Virus record (IMG/VR): IMGVR_UViG_3300012942_000006
Span: 1-58,596 of that record
Strand: one strand, 5' to 3'
Source: a virus
Taxonomy: Duplodnaviria > Caudoviricetes
Length of the DNA: 58,596 nucleotides
Shown: positions 52,403 to 58,596 of the stretch, piece by piece
How positions within the stretch are numbered: the first letter of the stretch is position 1
Layout: the number at the start of each line of letters is the position of its first letter
Translations under genes and position numbers: made by a program
Notes under the pieces: model-generated
Told to the model about the DNA's origin: nothing
What the model saw: only the letters and a program-made list of their open reading frames with translations
Databases searched by the model: none

Positions 52403-53119
52403 ATGGCAGAGAGCTACTGGCCGTTCGACGGCGAAGACACCTCGGAGACGCAGTACTCCCAGCTGTTTCGCCGTATGCAGGCGACTGGTGTATGGGGCGA
52501 CGACACAGACCAGTCGTGCAAGCTCGTCGCTGGAGCTGGCCTGGTGCCAGTCTTGAAGGCAGGCTACGCCCTGGTTCGGGGCCACATGTACTACAACGAC
52601 GACGACCTGCCACTCACATTCGCAGCGGGATCTGCGCAGGACCGAATCGACCGGGCAATCCTCAGGCTAGACCCTACTGCGAACTCGATTCGGGCAGTTG
52701 TGCTGGCGGGAACCCCTGGGTCCGGGTCTCCGACCGCCCTTACGCAGACTGACGCTGGAATCTTCGAGATCTCCCTCGCACGAGTTATGGTCACTGCTGG
52801 ATCGTCGTCCATCTCTACTTCGAACATCAACGATGAGCGACCCTTCATGGGGCATGTGTTCGGAGAGTGGACGACACCCAATCGCCCATCAAATCCGCGG
52901 AAGGGTCAGCCCGGATTCAATCTCACCGACGGACGTCCGGAGTACTGGACCGGAGCAGCATGGAAGGCTTTCGTACCAGACATCACTGCTTCGATGATCA
53001 CAGACCCCGAGAATCTCGTAGTCGGCAACTCTTCCAAGGTCGGTGGACGTCGTATCTACGTTCAGTCGACAACCCCGACTTCTCCGGCTCCGGCAGCCAA
53101 CGACATCTGGCTCTGGTAG
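52403..53119 (+). CDS. minor tail protein
   Basis: MAESYWPFD, RIDRAILRLDP, IWLW C-terminus. Confidence 0.75.
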   Translation: MAESYWPFDGEDTSETQYSQLFRRMQATGVWGDDTDQSCKLVAGAGLVPVLKAGYALVRGHMYYNDDDLPLTFAAGSAQDRIDRAILRLDPTANSIRAVVLAGTPGSGSPTALTQTDAGIFEISLARVMVTAGSSSISTSNINDERPFMGHVFGEWTTPNRPSNPRKGQPGFNLTDGRPEYWTGAAWKAFVPDITASMITDPENLVVGNSSKVGGRRIYVQSTTPTSPAPAANDIWLW

Positions 53120-53129
53120 GGGCTAACTC

Positions 53130-53924
53130 ATGACCGACTTTACTGCAGGCATGGGGGCTGGTGCATATATCCAGCTATCCATGCAAGAGGTTGGTACGAG
53201 CCAGGCCGGAAACTACTCTCTCGTCAATTGGCAGTTCTATCTCGTTCAGACGAGTGGATTCGGATCGTGGAACGCCGACAGCACCGGATGGTCTACGAAC
53301 ATTGGAGGCCAGGGGTTCGGTGGAGGATACACATACGACTTCCGGGGCGGCAACCAGGTCAAGCTCATTGCGAGCGGACAGGTTGCCATTGGCCACGACG
53401 GCAATGGATACGGCTCTGTGTACGGATCTGGCCATACAAACTACACCGGATCATCCATCGGAGGTCCTGCAGATGTTGGAGGGTCTATGGGGCTCTCGCG
53501 CATCCCGAAGCCTCCGAGCGCTCCAGGAATCTCGATCAGCTCTGTAGTTGGTCGAACAGTCTCGATTACCGTTACTGCTCCTGCTGACAATGGCGGGGCT
53601 GGAATCACTAAGTACACGGTGCAGTATTCTCGTAATGGCGGTCCATGGACAGGAGATCAATTCGGAGGAAGTACTGTCTACACAGGCCTCGCCCCTGGCA
53701 GCTATGTGTTTAGGACATTCGCGACTAACGTTGCGGGCGATGGCGCTTCGGCGCAGACAGCGCCGGTGACAGTTGTCGCAGGAGGAAAGCGCGCTGTCGA
53801 TGAAACCACATTCACCGATCTGTCTATCATGCGACGATACGACGGATCGAAGTGGGTCGACATGCAGATTACGAAGAGATATGTCGATGCCGGCACAGGC
53901 TTCGTGAATCTCGGACCGTCGTAA
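53130..53924 (+). CDS. minor tail protein with fibronectin type III domain
   Basis: APADNGGAGITKY...GLAPGSYVFR..ATN..G. Confidence 0.75.
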   Translation: MTDFTAGMGAGAYIQLSMQEVGTSQAGNYSLVNWQFYLVQTSGFGSWNADSTGWSTNIGGQGFGGGYTYDFRGGNQVKLIASGQVAIGHDGNGYGSVYGSGHTNYTGSSIGGPADVGGSMGLSRIPKPPSAPGISISSVVGRTVSITVTAPADNGGAGITKYTVQYSRNGGPWTGDQFGGSTVYTGLAPGSYVFRTFATNVAGDGASAQTAPVTVVAGGKRAVDETTFTDLSIMRRYDGSKWVDMQITKRYVDAGTGFVNLGPS

Positions 53925-53931
53925 GGGGCAC

Positions 53932-54309
53932 ATGGTGGCTGATGATGATGTCACAGTTGGGGAAGTGTACAGAGCCGTCCTGGAGATCAGAAAAGATCTT
54001 CGGGAGAACAACAAAAACTACGTTCCTCTCACTCTGTACAACTCAGAGCGAGACGCGTTTCGGGACGACCTCAAGAGTCTCGGCCAGGAGGTTGCCAATC
54101 TCCGTACCTCTCTCGAGCTTGAACGCGATGCTCGTATCAAGGCAGAGCAGACTCGTGAGAAGGCAGACCTTCAGCAGGAACAGCAGCGAAACAAAGCAGC
54201 TTCGGAAAGAAGGCTACAGTGGACTCTCGTAATAGTGGGGCCCATCGTTTCAGCGATGATCTCGATAGTGGCGGCAGCGACAAGCATGGGTCTCCACATC
54301 GGCCCGTAG
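53932..54309 (+). CDS. coiled-coil membrane protein
   Basis: Coiled coil plus C-terminal transmembrane helix. Confidence 0.65.
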   Translation: MVADDDVTVGEVYRAVLEIRKDLRENNKNYVPLTLYNSERDAFRDDLKSLGQEVANLRTSLELERDARIKAEQTREKADLQQEQQRNKAASERRLQWTLVIVGPIVSAMISIVAAATSMGLHIGP

Positions 54310-54977
54310 TCGAGTCTGTTCGTCGCCTGACATGGAGAGACGCTGTTGCGGCAGCCATCATCATAGGCGCTCTGATCCTGGCTCTGGTCCTTGGCATCTC
54401 CGCAGTCACGCAACTGCAGGAATACGCAGCTGCAGACCGGATTCAGAATGCCCTGATCTCGAAGCAGTCCGACACAATCAACAAGCTCCGCAACCAGGTG
54501 TTCGATCTGGGGAAGACTCCGGTCGCCGAGGCACCGAGCAAGTCAGAGGTCGAGAAGGCTCAGAAGGGACTACAGGGCGCGCAGGGGCCAAAGGGCGATC
54601 CGGGCGAGAACGCTACCGATCAGCAAGTGTCAGACGCGGTGAGAGACTACTGCCTGGCGCACGGGGGATGCATGGGAGTGGCCGGTCAGAACGGCTCTGC
54701 TGGACCGGGACCGACCGACGACCAGATCTCTGCGGCCGTCGCCTCGTTCTGCGCGGCTAACGGAGGATGCGTAGGACCGGCCGGAGCGCCAGGAGCTCCG
54801 GGATCGCAAGGAGAGCCGGGGCCGGCAGGATCTCCGGGAGCGGACGGAGCTACGTATGTGCCCGTCTCGCAGACGTGTATTCTCGACGGATCAAGCACAG
54901 TTGTACAGACAGTTTGGCAGAACTCTGTAACGGGATCGCAGACGACTACAAGCTATCGGACTGTCTGTCTCCCGTAG
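54219..54977 (+). CDS. membrane-anchored collagen-like protein (start uncertain)
   Basis: Transmembrane helix, coiled coil, Gly-X-Y repeats, two C-x4/5-GC motifs. Confidence 0.7.
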   Translation: MDSRNSGAHRFSDDLDSGGSDKHGSPHRPVVESVRRLTWRDAVAAAIIIGALILALVLGISAVTQLQEYAAADRIQNALISKQSDTINKLRNQVFDLGKTPVAEAPSKSEVEKAQKGLQGAQGPKGDPGENATDQQVSDAVRDYCLAHGGCMGVAGQNGSAGPGPTDDQISAAVASFCAANGGCVGPAGAPGAPGSQGEPGPAGSPGADGATYVPVSQTCILDGSSTVVQTVWQNSVTGSQTTTSYRTVCLP

Positions 54978-55019
54978 AATAGAAATGAGCAATTGGCTCA
55001 TCAAACCAAGGAGGAAACA

Positions 55020-55841
55020 ATGGCCGAAAACGGTCGGCTCGACACGAGCCAGCTGATCCAAGCAGCCAACGGAGCGCCGGGTCAGATTCTCGAGGCGGCT
55101 TCGGCTGCCAGCTGGAAGGCAATGGTGCAGTATGCCGCATCCCAGGGTATCCATCTCGCTCCGGAGCCGGACGACGGGATCCCCAGTTGCTACCGCAGCT
55201 ATGCGGCGCAGCAGTCGGCTTACAACCAGCTGGGCTATCCGCGTGCGGCGTATCCCGGTCAGTCCAACCATGGCTGGGGTACGGCTGTCGACGTCAACAT
55301 GACGTCTGGAGTGAGCTACTGGCTCCAGGACAATGGTGGCTACTTCGGTTGGGTGAATGATGTCAGTTACGAGAACTGGCACTATCACCACACCGGAAAC
55401 ACCGGAGGGATCACGGTCGATCGGTCGGTGGCAGACATCCAGCGTCTCGTCGGTGTTGAAGCAGACGGCATCTTCGGCGTCGGCACGACTGCGGCTGTGA
55501 AGTCGTACCAGAGTGCGCACGGCCTCGCAGCAGACGGCATCTGGGGCCCGGCGAGCGACTCGGTCGGCTTCGGAGGATCCGCTGCTCCCGCTCCTGCACC
55601 CGCACCGGCTCCGACCAGCGGCAATCTGCAGCGCGGAAGCACCGGAGGGCGCGTGTCGTCTCTTCAGGCAGGGCTCAATCGTGTGTTCCCGGCCTACAGC
55701 AAGCTCGCTGTCGACGGAGACTTCGGTCCGGCGACGGAGAGCGTCATCAAGGAGTTTCAGCAGCGCGTCGGCATCACCGCGGATGGAATCGTCGGTCCTG
55801 TCACGACTCAGAAGCTCGCTGGGTACGGGGTGACGTTCTGA
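55020..55841 (+). CDS. endolysin: M15 peptidase with peptidoglycan-binding domains
   Basis: YRSYAAQ, PGQSNHGWGTAVD, ENWH; DGIFG/DGIWG/DGIVG repeats. Confidence 0.88.
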   Translation: MAENGRLDTSQLIQAANGAPGQILEAASAASWKAMVQYAASQGIHLAPEPDDGIPSCYRSYAAQQSAYNQLGYPRAAYPGQSNHGWGTAVDVNMTSGVSYWLQDNGGYFGWVNDVSYENWHYHHTGNTGGITVDRSVADIQRLVGVEADGIFGVGTTAAVKSYQSAHGLAADGIWGPASDSVGFGGSAAPAPAPAPAPTSGNLQRGSTGGRVSSLQAGLNRVFPAYSKLAVDGDFGPATESVIKEFQQRVGITADGIVGPVTTQKLAGYGVTF

Positions 55842-56983
55842 TGGCGGACCTCTGCGACTACTCATCGGCTCGCCCCGGCGGAGCCGTGCTGGTCCAATTC
55901 GGCATGAGGGGTGTTATCCGATATCTCTGGTCGAACGTGAACAGCAAGGGTCTCGGCCAGGTCGAACTCGATGACCTGGTGGCGAACGGCCTCAAGGTCG
56001 CCCTCGTCTACGAGGAAGACGGCAGAGAGCTCGTCGAGGACGGGGGTGGTCTGCGCGTAGCGAAGATCGCTGACGGACTTCGACAAGCTCTTGGCATCTC
56101 GCACGCTCCGGTTCATTTCGCAGTCGACTTCGAGCCGAATGCAGACGAACTGAAGAAGATCGTCGATGAGATCATCTCGATCGACGAGATCTTCCCATTC
56201 GAGGAGCGCGGCGTCTACGGGAACTTCGATGTAATCGAGGCCGTCGTCGGCGGAGGGCATGCGAAGTACGGCTGGCAGACCTACGCATGGTCGAATGGGA
56301 GAGTCAGCGAGCACGCCACGCTGTACCAGTATCGCAACGGTCAGTCCATCAACGGAAGTGCTGTCGACTTCGACAAGAATCTCTCCGAGGACTTCGGAGC
56401 GATCGACGGATCAACGCTGCCGGCCTCTACCGCAGACGATCCGATGATCGGCGAGGTTATGGGAGTCAAGGACTATCAGAAGGCGCTGAAGCAGCTGCGG
56501 TATAACGTCGGAGATGTCGATGGGATCAAGGGTCCTCAGACGACTGCCGCCATCAAGGCGTTCCAGACCGACCAGGGACTGGCTGCGGACGGAATCGTCG
56601 GCCCTCTCACGGCGCAGGCGCTCAGCGCGTCGCTCGCCGCTGCGAATGGCCAGAATCCTTCCGACGCCATGCCGGGGAGGAACACTGGCGGGGACAAGCC
56701 AGTGCAGACTCTGGCTCCGAAGTTCCCTCTCCCAGAGGGAAGCTACTTCGGGCCGAAGTCTGGCCCGGTCGAATCGGTGTCCGGTTACTTCTCGCACCGG
56801 GACGACCTGATCGTCTGGCAGCAGCGCATGCGAGACCGCGGATGGCAGATCACTGTGGACGGGCTGTATGGTCCGAACACGTCTTCGGTCGCCCGTGCAT
56901 TCCAGTCCGAGAAGGGTCTGACCGTTGACGGCCTGATCGGTCCGCAGACGTGGGCGGCAGCTTGGACCGCCCCGATCACATAA
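55841..56983 (+). CDS. second endolysin: DUF1906/GH25-like glycoside hydrolase with peptidoglycan-binding domains
   Basis: DYSSARP, VIRYL, FAVDF, WQTYAWSNG; two PG_binding_1 domains. Confidence 0.85.
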   Translation: MADLCDYSSARPGGAVLVQFGMRGVIRYLWSNVNSKGLGQVELDDLVANGLKVALVYEEDGRELVEDGGGLRVAKIADGLRQALGISHAPVHFAVDFEPNADELKKIVDEIISIDEIFPFEERGVYGNFDVIEAVVGGGHAKYGWQTYAWSNGRVSEHATLYQYRNGQSINGSAVDFDKNLSEDFGAIDGSTLPASTADDPMIGEVMGVKDYQKALKQLRYNVGDVDGIKGPQTTAAIKAFQTDQGLAADGIVGPLTAQALSASLAAANGQNPSDAMPGRNTGGDKPVQTLAPKFPLPEGSYFGPKSGPVESVSGYFSHRDDLIVWQQRMRDRGWQITVDGLYGPNTSSVARAFQSEKGLTVDGLIGPQTWAAAWTAPIT

Positions 56984-56992
56984 GGAGAACAC

Positions 56993-57424
56993 ATGACACT
57001 CGTCAAGTCGACTGCCGGCCAGGCAGTCACAGCCGACCAGCCCTCTCAGTACGTCAAGGAGATCATCGCCGTCATCGGCTCCGGCGTCTTCGTCGTGCTT
57101 ACGGCGCTCTCCGCCGGTCAGCACGTCACTCTGTACACGATCGTCTCGGCGATCCTGGCCGGACTCACCGTGGTGCCGGTGGCGTGGACCAGTCAGAAGT
57201 GGTGGGGCAAGGCCATCGCCGCTGGCGTGGTCGCCGCGCTCCAGGTTCTGCTCGGCCTGCTATCGCCGACGCTCGGCTGGGGTGCGGTCGGCGGCGTGAA
57301 CTGGGCGTCCGTGATCTTGGCGTTCGTCACCGCGGCGGGCGTCGGCATCATTCCGAACAAACAGACAATCGATGCCGGAACCGCCGTCACAGGTCAGGCA
57401 TCGGTCATCACGGAGGTCAAGTAG
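56993..57424 (+). CDS. holin
   Basis: Four transmembrane helices; follows the lysins; IPN motif. Confidence 0.75.
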   Translation: MTLVKSTAGQAVTADQPSQYVKEIIAVIGSGVFVVLTALSAGQHVTLYTIVSAILAGLTVVPVAWTSQKWWGKAIAAGVVAALQVLLGLLSPTLGWGAVGGVNWASVILAFVTAAGVGIIPNKQTIDAGTAVTGQASVITEVK

Positions 57425-57428
57425 AGAC

Positions 57429-57515
57429 ATGGACAACACCGAAACCGACAACGTTGGAGGGTACGCCTGCCCTGTGGATCCGATGGATCTTCTGCAGTGC
57501 GAAAGCTGTCAGTAG
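57429..57515 (+). CDS. 28-aa microprotein ending in CESCQ
   Basis: Manual ORF MDNTETDNVGGYACPVDPMDLLQCESCQ. Confidence 0.6.
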   Translation: MDNTETDNVGGYACPVDPMDLLQCESCQ

Positions 57516-57539
57516 GAGGTGATCCTGCTCTAGCGTGGG

Positions 57540-57574
57540 GACCCCAGCATCAGATGAAGGGTGCTGGGGTCTTC
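57540..57574 (+). terminator. stem-loop terminator ending the late region
   Basis: GACCCCAGCAT...GTGCTGGGGTC-TTCT. Confidence 0.6.
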
Positions 57575-57602
57575 TCGCGCCTCAAGAAAACTCCAGGATG
57601 GA

Positions 57603-57658
57603 GTAGCGAAAATCTGGATTACGAGGGAGACTTGTTCTATCAACGAGGGGAAGGACCC
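57603..57658 (+). promoter_or_regulatory. degenerate conserved promoter plus AAGGA-loop hairpin
   Basis: GTAGCGAAAA-...-GAGACT; GGG-AAGGA-CCC just before ATG 57663. Confidence 0.55.
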
Positions 57659-57662
57659 AGCG

Positions 57663-58529
57663 ATGAACATCTCAATCTCCACTGTCACCCAGCACGAGTA
57701 CGAGGGCTTCTGGTACATCGAGTACCATGGCGAGTTCTACAAGGGCTGCAAGCGCTGCGCGGGTACCGGACACTACTCCTTCAACGGATACGACAGCATC
57801 TGCTATCTCTGCAACAACGTCCTCAGCGCTCGTCTCGGAGACCACTTCGACACCCAGGCTGCCGCGCAGAAGTGGTGCCACGGTCGCGCTCTGGCGAAGG
57901 CGAATCGCGAGCGCAAGGCCGAGGAGAAGCGCCAGGCCAAGCTCGCCAAGCGCACGGCAGCCTGGGATGCGCTGGAGGCTGAACACCCTGCTGTGTGGGC
58001 GCTGCTCACGAGCGTTCTGAACGTGCGCGACTGGGACAAGCCCGAGGGCGATGTCTACCCCAGCACCAACGAGCGCAACTCGTTCGTCCTCAAGATGGCT
58101 GACCAGCTCTGGCACCTGGACGAGTGGGGATACAGCGAGAAGATGATCGCAGCCCTCGAGAAGATCGCAGAGAAGCGCGCTGGCGCAGCGTTCGAGGCTG
58201 AGAGCGCAGATCCGGTCGTCGCCGGTCGTGTCGAGATCAAGGGCACGGTCATCTCGACCAAGTCGTACGAGACGGATTACGGCACCGCATACAAGATGCT
58301 GGTCAAGGACGAGCGCGGATTCAAGGTCTTCGGATCCATTCCAACGAACCTCTGGAGCGAAGTCGAGTTCCTCGGAGCCTATCGCAAGTCGGCCTGGAAC
58401 GAGACCGACGGCGTCATGACCAAGCTCGTCGGCATGGAGTTGCAGTTTACTGCGACGGTCGAGGCAAGCCGCAACGACAAGAGTTTCGGCTTCTTCAAGC
58501 GCCCCGCAAAGGCGGTGATCATCAAGTGA
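57663..58529 (+). CDS. hypothetical protein (Zn finger plus OB-fold-like C-terminus)
   Basis: CKRCAGTG...CYLC; GRVEIKGTVISTK...FGFFKRP. Confidence 0.75.
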   Translation: MNISISTVTQHEYEGFWYIEYHGEFYKGCKRCAGTGHYSFNGYDSICYLCNNVLSARLGDHFDTQAAAQKWCHGRALAKANRERKAEEKRQAKLAKRTAAWDALEAEHPAVWALLTSVLNVRDWDKPEGDVYPSTNERNSFVLKMADQLWHLDEWGYSEKMIAALEKIAEKRAGAAFEAESADPVVAGRVEIKGTVISTKSYETDYGTAYKMLVKDERGFKVFGSIPTNLWSEVEFLGAYRKSAWNETDGVMTKLVGMELQFTATVEASRNDKSFGFFKRPAKAVIIK

Positions 58530-58596
58530 TCGACTTCGAGATTAGATGTCCGGAATGCGGAGTAGACGCGTCTCGCCTTCCACCATGCCTGGTGTG
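58474..58596. repeat. terminal direct repeat (identical to 1..123)
   Basis: Exact match to the window start. Confidence 0.95.

Noticed and set aside
345-58261. The many long minus-strand ORFs in the six-frame track
   Set aside because: They are shadows of high-GC + strand genes with no recognisable motifs; the + strand is already densely tiled with coupled genes
1-58596. Lysogeny module, reverse transcriptase/DGR, or genetic-code reassignment
   Set aside because: No integrase, repressor or reverse transcriptase was recognised, and core genes are intact under the standard code

Overview
The window is an apparently complete, circular, virulent actinobacteriophage genome with siphovirus organisation. 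The 123-bp sequence at 1..123 recurs at 58474..58596, giving about 58,473 unique bp. A Microbacteriaceae-like host is inferred from the high GC, actinobacterial promoters, an LAxTG sortase signal and the absence of lysin B. Essentially all credible genes lie on the + strand. Gene order: replication and recombination (SNF2 helicase, Cas4-like nuclease, AAA ATPase, SSB-like protein, TOPRIM-MCM primase/helicase); a putative nucleotide-modification cluster; a DnaE polymerase split in two; an accessory region of small promoter-led cassettes with ThyX-like, MazG-like and RuvC genes; then packaging, head, tail and lysis genes. No integrase or repressor was seen. The most unusual signals are non-coding. 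(1) At least 13 GG-AAGGA-CC hairpins with co-varying stems sit at 5' UTRs and ribosome-binding sites, often behind a conserved promoter. (2) A minus-strand small RNA candidate (~9740-9846) has G-U pairs that work only on the minus strand and exposes sequence complementary to those hairpins and to SD sites. (3) A ~250-bp iteron-like element is present in two diverged copies, one before the primase and one before the packaging genes. (4) There is a non-canonical tRNA-like RNA. All protein calls come from motif recognition by eye; no database searches were run.
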